Program-made: the position numbers and the translations under genes | DNA from: the human T2T-CHM13v2.0 reference genome, Homo sapiens | Reading direction: 5' to 3' (one strand) | Length of the DNA: 64,000 nt | Assembly (NCBI RefSeq): GCF_009914755.1 | Contig: NC_060925.1 | In this document: one piece after another, positions 27,572 to 40,240 of the stretch | How the letters are laid out: each line of letters opens with the position of its first letter | How positions within the stretch are numbered: position 1 is the stretch's first letter | The notes under the pieces: model-generated | Database searches by the model: none | Seen by the model: the letters and a program-made list of their open reading frames with translations, nothing else | Told to the model about the DNA's origin: nothing

Positions 27572-30500
27572 ATGACAGGATCAAAATTTCATATATCAAT
27601 ACTAAAACTGAATGTAAATGGGCTAAATTCCCCACTTAAAAGACATAGAGTGGCCAGTCAAAGAGACAAGACCTGACTGCTCTTTCACATGTAATTATAC
27701 CCACAGGCTCAAAGTAAAAAGGTGGAGAAAGATCTACTATGCAAATGGAAAACAAAAAAACAGCAGGAGTTGCTATTCTTTCTTTTTTCTTTTTTTTTTG
27801 AGATGGAGTCTTGCTCTGTCACCCAGGCTGGAGTGAGTGGCATGATCTCGGCTTACTGCAACCTATGCCTCCCAGGTTCAAGTGATTCTTCTGCCTCAGT
27901 CTTCTGAGTAGCTGGGACTACAGGCACATGCCATCATGCCTGGCTACTTTTTTCTATTTTTAGTAGAGACGGGGTTTCACCATGTTAGCCAGGATGGTCT
28001 CCATCTCCTGACCTCGTGATCTGCCCACCTCGGCCTCCCAAAGTGCTGGGATTATAGGCATGAGCCACCACTCGTGGCCTGGAGTTGCTATTCTTATACT
28101 AGATAAAACAGACTTTAAATTAACAACTATTAAGAACAAAAAAATGGTATTACATAATGATAAAGGGTACAATTTAACACAAAGACTTAAGTCTCCTAAA
28201 TATACATGCACTCAACGATTGGAGCACCCAGATTTATAAAACAAGTCACTCTTGACCTACAAAAAGACTTACATAGCCAAACAATAATAGTCAGAGACTT
28301 CAACAACCCATTGACAGTGTTAGATCAACAAGGTAGGAAACTAGCGAAGAAATTCTGGACTTAAAGTTGACACTAGACCAATTGGACCTAATAGACATCT
28401 ATAGAATACCACACCTAACAACCAAAGAATATACATTCTTCTCATCTGCACACAAAACATGTTCTAAGATTGACCACAAACTTGGTCATAAAGCAAGTCT
28501 CAATGACTCTAAACAAATTGAAATAATACCAAGCACACACTCAGATCACAGTGCAATAAAAACAGAAATCAGTATCAAGAAGATCTCTCAAAACTACATA
28601 AATACATTGAAATTAAACAACTTGCTCTTGAATAACTCCTGGATGAACCTCAAAATTAAGGCAGAAATAAAAAAATTGTTTGAAATTTATGAAGATAGTG
28701 ATACAACTTACCAAAATCTCTGAGATACAGCTAAAGCAGTGTTAAGAGGAAAGTTTATAACACTACATGCCTTCATCAAGAAGTTAGAAAGATCTCAAAA
28801 TAACAATCTAACTTTTCACCTAGAGGAATTAGAAAAAAAAGAACCAACCAACCCCAAAGCTAGCAAAAGAGAATAAATACCTAAATTAGAGAAGAATTGA
28901 AATTGAGATATAAAAATCCTTACAAAGGATCAATAAAACCAAACATTGGTTTTTCAAAGAATAAACAAGATTGCTAGAGCACTAGCTAGATTAACAAAAA
29001 AAGGAAGGTCCAAATAAGTATAATCAGAAATGACAAAGATGACATTACAACCAATCCCACAGATATACAAAATATGCTCAGAGATTATTTTGAACAACTC
29101 TATGCACACAAATTAGAAATTCTAGAGGAAATGGATAAATTCCTAGAAACACACAACCTCCTAAGATTGAACCAGGAAGAATGTGAAAACCTGAACAGAT
29201 GATTGACAAATTCCAAAATTCAATCAGTAACAAAAAACCTACCAACCAGAAAAGAAAAACCGCGGACCAGATGGATGGACAGCCAAATTATACAAGATGT
29301 ACAAAGAACAACCGGTGCCAATCCTACTGAAACTATTCTAAAAACTCAAGGAGGAGGGGCTCCTCCCTAACTCATTCTATGAAGCCAGAATCAGTCTGAT
29401 GCCAAAATCTGTCAGAGATGCAATGAAAAAAGAAAACTTCAGACCATATATCTCTGAGGAACATAGATTCAAAAATTCTCAACAATATACTAGCAAACTG
29501 CATCCAGCAGCACATATAAAAGTTAATACACCATGATCAAGTAGGCTTTATTTCTGGGATGCAAGGCTAGTCCAACATATGCAAATCAATAAATGTGATT
29601 TACCGCATAAACACAATTAAAAGTAAAAATGATCATCTCAATAGATGCAGAAAAAGCTCTTGATAGAATCCAACATCCTTTTTTATAAAAGCCTTCAACA
29701 GATGAGGCATCAAAGGAACATACCTCAAAATAATAACTATCTATGACAAACCCACAGCCAACATCACATTGAACAGGCAAAAGCTGAAACCATTCCCCTT
29801 GAGAACTGGGATGAGACAGTGATGCCCAGTCTCACCACTCCCATTCAACATAGTCCTGGAAGATTGCCAAAGCAATCGGGCAAGAGAAAGAAATAAAAAA
29901 GCATCCGAATAGAATAAGAAAAAGTGAAACTACCTCTCTTCACTCATGATATATTTCTATATCTGTAAAACCCTAAAAACTTCATCAAAAGGCTACCAGA
30001 ACTGATAATTGACTGTAGTAAAGTTTTGGGATACAAAATCAGAGTACAAAAATCAGTACCATTTCTATACACCAGTAACATTCAAGTTGAGAATCAAAGA
30101 ACACAATCCCATTTACAATAGCCATAAAAAGTGGAAATAACTAGGAATACAACTAACCAAGGAGGTGAAAGAACTCTACAAGGGGAATAGCAAAACACTT
30201 CTGAAAGAAATCAGAGACAACACAAATAAATGGAAAAACACTCCATGCTCATGAATTGGAAGAATTAATATCATTAAAATGACCATACTGCCCAAAGTAA
30301 TCTACAGGTTCAGCACTGTTCCTATCAAACTACCAATACCATTTTTCACAGAATTAGAAAAATCTATTCTAAAACTCATATGTAACAACAACAGAAAACC
30401 TGAATATCGAAAGTAATCTTAAGAAACAAAAAAAAAAAAAAAAAAAAAGAAAAAAAGAACAAAGCTCTAGGCATCACAAGACCTAACTTCAAACTATACT

Positions 30501-31570
30501 AAAAGGCTACAGTAACCAAAATAGCATGGTACTGGTACAAAAACAGACACAAAGACCAATGGAATAGAACAGAGAACCCAGAAAAAAAGCTACACATCTA
30601 CAACCATCTGATCTTTGACAAAGCCAACAAAAGTAAGCAATGGGGAAAGGAATCTCTATTAAATAAATGTGCTGGGATAACGGGCTAGCCATATGCAGAA
30701 GAATGAAACTAGACCCACTACTTTTCAGCATATACAAAAATTAACTCAAGATAAAAATATAAATGTAAGAAATCAAATTATAAAAATCCTAGAAGAAAAT
30801 CTAGGAAATATCCTTCTCAACATTGGCCTTGACAAATAATTTTTGGCTAAGTGCCCAAAAGCAATTGCAACGAAACCAAAAAATTGACAAACAGTACCTA
30901 ATTAAACTGAAGAGCTTCTGCACAGCAAAAGAAACTATCAACAGAATAAACAGACAACCAACAGAATGGGAGAAAATACTTGTAAACTACACATCTGACA
31001 AAGATCTAATATCCAGATTATATGGAATTTAAGGAAATTAATTAGCAAAAGACAATCTCCCCCTCCAAAAAAATGGGCAAAGGACATAAACAGACACTTC
31101 TCAAAAGAAGACATGCAAGCAGCCAACAAACATTTTAAAAAAATGCTCATCATCACTAATCATCAGAGAAATGCAAATCAAAACCGGATTGAGATATCAT
31201 CTGACACCAGTCAGAATGGCTATTATTAAAAAGTCAAATAATAACAGATGCTGGTGAGGCTGTGGAGAAAAGGGAATGCTTATACACTGTTGGTGGGAAT
31301 GTAAATTAGTTCAGCCACTGTGAAAAGCTGTTTGAAGATTTCTCAAAGAACTGAAAACAGAACTACCATTTGACCCAGCAATACCATTAGTGGGTACGTA
31401 CCCAAAGGAAAATAGATCATTATACCAAAAAGACACATATACTTATATGTTCATCACAGTGCTATTCACATTAGCAAAGGCATGGAATCAACCTAGGTGC
31501 CCATCAATGGTGGATTATATAAAGAAAATGTGGTACATATATACCATGAAATACTATGCAGCCATAAAAG
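27572..31570 (+). pseudogene. L1 ORF2p (endonuclease/RT) remnant, disrupted and Alu-interrupted
   Basis: ATGACAGGATCA start at 27572; EN segment [16 protein letters not shown] (ORF 28367-28723); RT FADD motif decayed to FTHD at about 29939. Confidence 0.88.
27781..28079 (-). mobile_element. AluSc-like inserted in the L1 ORF2 endonuclease region
   Basis: Perfect 15-bp TSD GGAGTTGCTATTCTT at 27766-27780 and 28081-28095; GTTAGCCAGGATGGTCTC...GACCTCGTGATC. Confidence 0.95.
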
Positions 31571-33095
31571 GAACAAAATTATGTCCTTTGCAGCAACATA
31601 GATGCAGCTAGTGACCCTGTTCCTAAGTGAATTAACACAAAAACAGAAAACCAAATACCATATATTCTCACTTATAAGTGGGAGCTAAACATTGGGTAGT
31701 AGTGGACATAAAGATGGGAACAATAGACACTGTGGACCACCAGAGTGGGGAGGAAAGGAGGAAGGTGTGGGTTGAAAAACTACCTGTTTGGTACTATGCT
31801 CACTACCTGGGTGATGGGATCCATACCCAAATCTCAGTGTCACACAATATGCCCATGTAACACACCTGCACATGTACCCATTGTATCTAAAATAAAAGTT
31901 GAAATTATTTTTTAAAAAAGAAGAAAGCAAAACATTTTGAGGGAAAATGAGTCCTTGAAATTCCTTCCCAGCTAATTAAATGGATAGATTTAGAATAGGC
32001 AGGGACTCAGAAAGTTTACCTAGCTTTCTTAGGAAGCTGTCTTGTGAAAGGGGGTAGCAGACCAAGGAGGAGGATATTTTACCCCATAATGTCCTAGGAC
32101 AACAGCTGGAATATTTAAAAAGTGCAGATTGGCTCAGGTGCCCAGGCCTGTGGAAGAAGGTCACCAAGTAAAAACAGGTGGAGATGGTAGTGAAGGTGAT
32201 AATGGGGTTTAAAAGATTAGTTAGTATCATTTAGAACTTGGGAAATGCTGATGCTGTAGAAAAGGCAATTGGTTGAGTGTGAAAAGGAAGATTCCATTTA
32301 AACTTGATGCTGAAGTCTTCCCTCTCCGAGTGATACAAGGATTTGACATAGTACCTAAAGAGATGGAGGCCTAATCTGAGCATGATACTTGGCTCTGCTG
32401 TGCTCATCGTTACCTAGTAAGAACAAGTCAAATGCTATGATTAATTTTTTTTAAAGTTTTATGGGTAAACAGTAGGTACATAAATTTATGGGGTGCATGA
32501 GGTGTTTTGGTACAGACATGCAATGCATGATAACCACATCAGGGAAAATTGAGTACCCATCCCAACAAGCATTTATCTTTGTGTTACAAATAATCCAATT
32601 ATACTCTTTCAGTTTTTTAAATGTACATTAAATTATTATTGACTATAGTCCCCCTGTTGTACTATCAAATACTAGGTCATATTCATTCCTTCTTCTTTTT
32701 TCCATTAACTATCCCTGTCTCTCCCCTTTCCCCCACTACCATTCCAAGCCTCTGGTAATCATAATTCTATTCTCTATCTCTGTGAGTTCAATTGTTTTGA
32801 TTTTTAGATCCCACAAGTAAGTGATAACACATCATGTTTGTCTTTCTGTGTCTGGCTTATTCCACTTAACATAATGACCTCCAGTGCCATCCATGTTGTT
32901 GCAAATGACAGGATCTCACTCTTTTTCATGGCTGAATAGTACTCCATTGTGTAAAAGTACCCATATTTTCTTTATTCATTTATCTGTTGATGGACACTTA
33001 GGTTGCTTCCAAATCTTGGCTATTGTGAACAGGGCTGCAACAAGCATGGGAGGGCAAATAACTCTTCAGTATACTGATTTCCTTTCTTTGGGTAT

Positions 33096-33478
33096 TGATA
33101 TGGTTTGAATTTGTGTCCCCACACAAATCTCATGTCAAATTGTAATCCCCTATGTCAGAGGAGGGGCATGGTTGGGGGTAATTGGATCACGGGGCAGATT
33201 TCCCTCTTGCTGTTCTCATGATAGTGAATGAGTTCTCATGAGGTCTGGTTGTTTAAAAGTGTATAGCATCTCCCCCTTCTCTCTCTTCCTCCTGCTCCAG
33301 CCATCTAAGACATGCCTGCTTTCCCTTCACCTTTTGCCATGACTGAAAGTTTCCTCAGGTCTCCCAAGCCATGCTACTTGCACAGTCTGCAGAACTATGA
33401 GCCAATTAAGCCTCTTTCCTTTATAAATTACTCAGTCTCAGGTATTTCTTTATAGCAGTGCAATAATGGACTAATATA
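33096..33478 (+). mobile_element. MSTA-like MaLR solo LTR
   Basis: TGATATGGTTTG...GGACTAATATA; TSD GGTAT at 33091-33095 and 33479-33483. Confidence 0.92.
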
Positions 33479-33919
33479 GGTATATACCCAGCAGTGAGAT
33501 CACTGGATCATATGGTAGCCCGATTTTTAGTTTTTTTAAGAACCTCCAAACAGTTCTCCATAGTGGTTGTACTAATTTACATTCCCACCAACAGTGTGTG
33601 ACAGCTTCCTTTTCAGCACATCCTCACCAGCATTTGTTATTGCCTGCATTTTGGATAAAAAACATTTTTAACAGGGATAAGAAATTCTTATTGTAGTTTT
33701 GATTTGTATTTCTCTGATGATATATGATGTTGAGCACTTTTTATATGCCTGTTTACCATTTGTGCATCTTCTTTTGAGAAGTGTCTATTTAAGTCTTTTG
33801 TCCATTTTAAAATGGGATCATTGAATTTTTTTCCTATACAGTTGTTTGAGTTCCTTATATATTAAGGTAATTAATCCTTTGTCAGATGGGTAGTTTGCAA
33901 ATATTTTCTCCCATTCTAT

Positions 33920-34604
33920 TGAGAGGTGAAGCCAGCTGGATTTCCTGGGTCGAGTGGGGACTTGGAGAAGTTTTCTGTCTAGCTAGGGGATTGTAAACCC
34001 ACCAATCAGTGCTCTGTGTCTAGCTAAAGGATTGTAAAGGCACCAACCAGCACTCTGTAAAAATGCACCAATCAGCGCTCTGTGTCTAGCTAAAGGATTG
34101 TAAACACACCAATCAGCACTCTGTGAAAACTCACCAATCAGTACTCTGTGTCTAGCTAAAGGACTGTAAACACACCAAGCAGCACTCTGTAAACTGGACC
34201 TATCAGCACTCTGTAAAATGGAACAATCAGCAGGATGTGGGTAGGGCCAAATAAGGGAATAAAAGCTGGCCACCCGAGACAGCAGCGGCAACCTGCTAAG
34301 GTCCCCTTCCATGCTGTGGAAGCTTTATTCTTTCGCTCTTCACAATAAATCTTGCTACTGATCACTCTTTGGGTCTGCACCACCTTTAAGAGCTGTAACA
34401 TTCACTGTGAAGGTCTGTGGCTTCATTCTTCAAGTCAGTGAGACCATGAACTCACCAGAAGGAAGAAACTCTGGACACATCTAAAGGAACAAACTCTGGA
34501 CACACCATCTTTAAGAGCTGTAACACTCACTGCGAAGGTCTGCAGCTTCATTCTTGAAGTCAGCAAGACCAAGAACCCACTGGAAGGAATAAATTCCAGA
34601 CACA
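33920..34604 (+). promoter_or_regulatory. 5' LTR (LTR12 family) with tandem CCAAT-containing U3 repeats
   Basis: TGAGAGGTGAAGCCAGCTGG...TTCCAGACACA; repeated CACCAATCAGC(A/G)CTCTGTGTCTAGCTAAAGGATTGTAAA; AATAAA motifs at about 34258 and 34344. Confidence 0.9.
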
Positions 34605-34607
34605 TTT

Positions 34608-34625
34608 TGGCAACCACGAAGGAAC
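34608..34625 (+). other. Retroviral primer binding site
   Basis: TGGCAACCACGAAGGAAC 3 nt after the 5' LTR end; ERV9 is described as tRNA-Arg primed, and the tRNA match is from memory. Confidence 0.8.
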
Positions 34626-35447
34626 TATCACCAAGCAGTGAGCACTCTCAGACCCCTTTCGCTTGCTATTCTGTCCTATTTTTCCTTAGAATTTGGGGGC
34701 TAAATATTGGGCACCTGTTGGGCAGTTAAAAGCAAATAGCATGGCTGCCGGACTAAAGACATGGGTGTCAGGCTTTCTGGGAAAGGGCTCTCTAACAACC
34801 CCCAACTCTTCGGAGTTGGGAGCATTGGTTTGCCTGGAACCAGCTTCCACTTTTCCTGTACTTCTGGGCTGAGCCAAGGGTTGACAGAGAGGAAAGCCAT
34901 TCCGCTCCAGGGTCCTGACAAGTTGATTGACCCCGTGGCCACAAGCAGAAGTCTCAAAGTCACGTTGCCCAAGTGAGACTCGCCCATCTATCCTTTCTAT
35001 CCTGACCCTTGCCTCCTGGGTCCTAATGCCTGTCAGACAAACTTCCTCTCACCTCTCTTCTCTGAGGCTAGTCCCGCTTCTAAAAACTACTCCCTGTCTC
35101 TGGTGCTTTTCTAGCCACTCCTAGAAGAATGATTTCTAGTATAAACTAAGAAGAGGGGAGAACAGCAGCATAAGTGGCTGGCAGAGGCAGGGAAAGACCA
35201 GCAGAGAGGAAAGAGAGAGAGAGGAAGAGAGAAAGAGAAAGAGAAAGACAGGAAGTCAAAGAGAAGGAGACAGAACGAGGAAGAGATGGACAAAGAAGGA
35301 GTCAAAGAGAGAGGCAAAGTCAAAGAGAGAGAGGAAGAGACAAAGAGGGAGTCAGAGAGAGACAAAGAAGAAGTCAAAGAGAAAGAGAGATGGAAATAGT
35401 AAAGAAAAAACAGTGTACCCTATTCCTTTAAAAGGCAGGGTAAATTT

Positions 35448-36057
35448 CTGTCTACCAGCCAAGGCATATTCTTCTTATGTTGAACTTTCAACCTATATCT
35501 GCCTCTCAGACAGTTTGCAAGAAATAATGAAATCTATCCTTACTCTACAATCCCAAATAGACTCTTTGGCAGCAGTGACTCACCAAAACCGTGGAGGCCT
35601 AGACCTCCTTACTGCTGAGAAAGGAGGACTCTGCACCTTCTTAGGGGAAGAGTGTTGTTTTTACACTAACCAGTCAGGGATAGTACAAGATGCTACCCGG
35701 CATTTACAGGAAAAGGCTTCTGAAATCAGACAATGCCTTTCAAACTCTTGTACCAACCTCTGGAGTTAGGCACCATGGCTTCTCCCCTTTCTAGGTCCCA
35801 TAAGAGCCATCTTGCTATTACTCACCTTTGGGCCCTATATTTTTAACCTCCTTGTCAAATTTGTTTCCTCTAGGATCAAGGCCATCAAGCTACAGATGGT
35901 CTTACAAATGGAACCCCAAATGAGCTCAACTAACAACTTCTACCGAGGGCCCCTGGACTGATCCACTGGCCCTTTCACTGGCCTAAAGAGTTCCCCTCCA
36001 GAGGATACTACAACTTCAGGGCCCCTTCTTCGCCCCTACTTAGCAGGAAGTAGCTAG
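35448..36057 (+). pseudogene. env: ERV9 env remnant: short SU piece fused to TM (ISD, CX6CC, transmembrane segment, tail)
   Basis: HQNRGGLDLLTAEKGGLCTFLGEECCFY (ISD plus CX6CC); stop at 35767-35769, then in frame PWLLPFLGP...FGPYIFNLLVKFVSSRI. Confidence 0.9.
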
Positions 36058-36113
36058 AGCAGTCATCGCCCAATTCCCAACAGCAGCTGGGGTGTCCTGT
36101 TTAGAGGGGGGAT

Positions 36114-36729
36114 TAAGAGGTGAAGCCAGCTGGCCTTACTGGGTCAAGTGGGGATTTAGAGAACTTTTCTCTCTAGCTAGAGTATTGTAAATGCACCAAT
36201 CAGTGCTCTGTGTCTAGCTAAAGGATTGTAAATGCACCAACCAGCACTCTGTAAAAACGCACCAATCAGCACTCTGTGTCTAGCTAAAGGATTGTAAATG
36301 CACTAAGCACTCTGTAAAATGGACCAATCAGCACTCTGTAAAATGGACCAATCAGCAGGATGTGGGTGGGGCCAAATAAGGGACTAAAAGCTGGCTAACC
36401 AAGACAGCAGCGGCAACCTGCTCAGGTCTCCTTCCACGCTGTGAAAGCTTTGCTCTTTCACTCTTCACAATAAATCTTGCTGCTGCTCACTCTTTGGGTC
36501 TGCACCACCTTTAAGAGCTGTAACACATGCCACAAAGGTCTGCGGCTTCATTCTTGAAGTCAGCGAGACCACAAACTCACGAGAAGGAAGAAACTCTGGA
36601 TGTGTCTGAAGGAACAAACTCCAGAAACACCATCTTTAAGAGCTATAACACTCACCCCAAAGGTCCGCAGCTTCATTCTTGAAGTCAGAGAGACCAAGAA
36701 CCCACCAGAAGGAATAAATTCCAGACACA
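36114..36729 (+). promoter_or_regulatory. 3' LTR (LTR12 family), preceded by the PPT AGAGGGGGGA
   Basis: Colinear with the 5' LTR but one ~66-bp U3 repeat unit shorter; initial TG reads TA. Confidence 0.9.
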
Positions 36730-37559
36730 CTATGAGTGGTCTTTTTAGTTTGTTGATTATTTCCTTTGCTGTGCAGGAGCTTTTTAATTTGATGTGATCC
36801 ATTTGTCCATTTTTGCTTTAGTTGCCTGTGCTTGTGAGATATTACTCAAAAATTTTTGCCCAGATCAATGTCCTGGAGAGTTTCCCCAGTGTTTTCTTGT
36901 AGTAGTTTCAAAAGTCTTTAATCCATTTTGATTTGATTTTTGTATAAGGTGAGGGAGATAGTGATCAAGTTTCATTCCTCTGGATATAGATAGCTGTGAT
37001 TAATTTTTAAGTTTTGAAATAAAATTACCAATAATTCACTGAAGACTTAGTCATGGTTGCAGTACAGAAAACAAATGCTATCAATGCTGGATGTAGGCAA
37101 GAAATGTGGGTTGAAGGCTGAGCTTAGTAATGGCAGTATCTTAGAAAACTGGGAGTCAAGAGAGACTGGCTCTGGGTGATGGGACAGAAAATGGATGTGT
37201 AGTGTGCTATCAGAGGAGGAACCGAGAATATATATTGGGGAGAGTGGGTTTATGAAATGGAAAAAATCCTCACTGGTCACAGCAGATAATACAGAGAAAC
37301 AATTGACAACTTGATAAGCAGTTAATTTAGAGATATAGAGGTAACCTGCAGAAAGGCCCCCCTTCCCCTAAAAAAGAGGTTAAAACTAGTTATCTCTGGA
37401 GAGTTGGACTGGGGAAAGGAAGTAGGCAGGGGACCACTGCTTTCCATTATTAGGCTTTTTCAAACTAAGGATATTTTTTAATGATGTATGTGTATCATTT
37501 TAATCAGATAAAAATATATTAAAATATTTTTATTTTGGGACATTCCAAGAATTCCGTAA

Positions 37560-38238
<679 letters not shown>

Positions 38239-38403
38239 TTAAGTCTGTATGTCTGTATAACTGGTATGACTGTAGAGTATGGAACTAGAGGAAAGGTTTC
38301 AGCAAAATATAAGGAAGGACTTTCCAATCAGGAAAATTGCCTGTTGGAATGTGTTGCCTTGGGAGGTTGTGAATCCATGTCTCCTTAAATAGGCAAATGG
38401 AGA

Positions 38404-38700
<297 letters not shown>

Positions 38701-39024
38701 AGGCAAATGGAGACCAGTTAGAAGGGAAATTTCTTTTCTGTAGTCCCAATAATCCCAAATTATTTAACTCTGAAGCTATTATGAATTCATAGAGAACCTT
38801 AACACCCAAGAACTATTTGTTTGATGAGCACAATTTTGGACTGTGTACTCAGAAGTCTTTTTTTCCTCCTCTTCCTCCTTCTTCTGTTCACGTATTTCAC
38901 AGGCTTAGCAGTCTCTGCATTCCTTTTTAAAAGCCCTAACCTTCTAGGAAATTGTAAATTTCTTGAGGTCAGAGACCTTATCTTTTGCATTGTTGAATCC
39001 CCATATCTAGCCCATAATGAATGC

Positions 39025-39420
39025 TTGTTTTAGTCTCTGTTCCCCGGGAAACAGGCCTGAGATGGAAATCTGCAAGCAGGAGTTTTGTCAAGGACTGCCC
39101 TCTGAAACTATGTCTGTGGGAGATGTGGGAAGCAGGACTGGGCAGAGGGGGAAGTTGAACTGTGGTGCAGTTGGGAGAGGATCTTCAGTGGATAGTATGA
39201 GAAACTGTGGGGTTGGGAAAACCCTTGAAAATTGCATCCTTCCAGGAAAGAGGTTTGGGACGATCACTGAATGCAAGCTGCTTCTTCAGACAGTGTGGAA
39301 AACAACTCCCTGTGCCAGTGACAGTGCCTAGAGAGGAACTCAGCTACAACCTATAGCTGGCCAACACTCTCAGCACCTGGGAAAAGCATGAATACCTCAA
39401 ACGGGGGCTCTGGGCAGAGC
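39025..39420 (-). mobile_element. LTR33-like ERVL LTR
   Basis: GAAGCAGGACTGGGCAGAGGGGGAAGTTGAACTGTGGTGCAGTTG motif. Confidence 0.65.
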
Positions 39421-39769
39421 TCAGTTGGTATTTGTCTAATTGAACTGCATAGCCAGAGCAACTGCCTGCCACTGTCCCCTATGCACTCTACACAAGCGTG
39501 ATCTTACCCTTTCTAAAACAGGTGATTGACTCCTTTTACCTTCTTTGAGTGTTTACATACTTCATGCCACCTATCTGACATGCCTTTCCTTTCATATCAT
39601 CCTGGAATTTTCAAAGCATCATTCCTGGTCTTGATTTCCTAATTATCTGGCTAATTTATCATTATGATACTACATGTGCTCTTCTTTTGAGACACTTTAT
39701 AATTCTTACAAATTTACCAGGTATAGACGGGTAGCAATAATAGTCAATGCAGGAAGTTTCTGCTTACAT

Positions 39770-40030
39770 TTTGAAGCTCCCATCCAAAAGTCACCTTCTC
39801 TGTGAAATCTAACTGCACTCTCATAGGCAGAGCTAATGTCAATCAACTGTAGCACTTACATACTATATGCAATTATCTTGTAATGAGGCTGTCTTTCTCA
39901 CTAGGCTAGACATTTTTCAAGTCATAGTTGTTCATTTGCTTCTCCTATGCCTTGCACAGTTCCTGGCATATAATAGATATCTAATGAAGATCTGTCAGAT
40001 GAATGAATGAATGAATGAATAAATGAGTTG
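39770..40030 (+). mobile_element. L2 3' end with (TGAA)n tail
   Basis: GCACAGTTCCTGGCATATAATAGAT...GATGAATGAATGAATGAATGAAT. Confidence 0.75.
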
Positions 40031-40204
40031 ATCAATCAATCAAAATTTAGAATCTTTCTTATGGCACAAATTCAGTTACTCTTACTGTTCTCCTGATACT
40101 TTATAATTGTTGCTAATGTGCTTCACTAGCAGAATCGAAAATAAAAACTGGGATAATAAGCCTGCCTTGTGATAGTTCACCAAGTCAGTACAATAAGCTC
40201 ACGT

Positions 40205-40240
<36 letters not shown>

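Larger units (their letters stand above)
25197..31918 (+). mobile_element. Near full-length, inactivated LINE-1 (L1PA15/16-like)
   Basis: 5'UTR begins CAAGATGGCCTACTAGATGCAGCCAGGAG; ORF1 and ORF2 remnants; 3' end TAAAATAAAAGTTGAAATT; approximate TSD AAGAAAAAAGCA / AAGAAGAAAGCA. Confidence 0.93.
33920..36729 (+). mobile_element. Internally deleted HERV9/ERV9 provirus with two LTR12(F-like) LTRs
   Basis: Paired LTRs, 4-bp TSD CTAT (33916-33919, 36730-36733), PBS, PPT and env remnant; no gag/pol. Confidence 0.92.
32449..36992 (-). mobile_element. L1MA (MA1-3-like) 5'-truncated element hosting an MST LTR and an ERV9 provirus
   Basis: Antisense L1 3' sequence resumes seamlessly across both inserts; TSD GCTATGATTAATTTT (32434) / GCTGTGATTAATTTT (36993). 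Confidence 0.88.

Noticed and set aside
33983-34312. Tandem 25-66 bp repeats and a repetitive ORF resembling a CRISPR array or repeat protein
   Set aside because: These are LTR12 U3 enhancer repeats; there are no unique spacers or cas genes, and the DNA is primate
35174-35431. RE/RQ-rich ORF resembling an SR-like protein
   Set aside because: Translation of the AG-rich tract in the ERV9 leader
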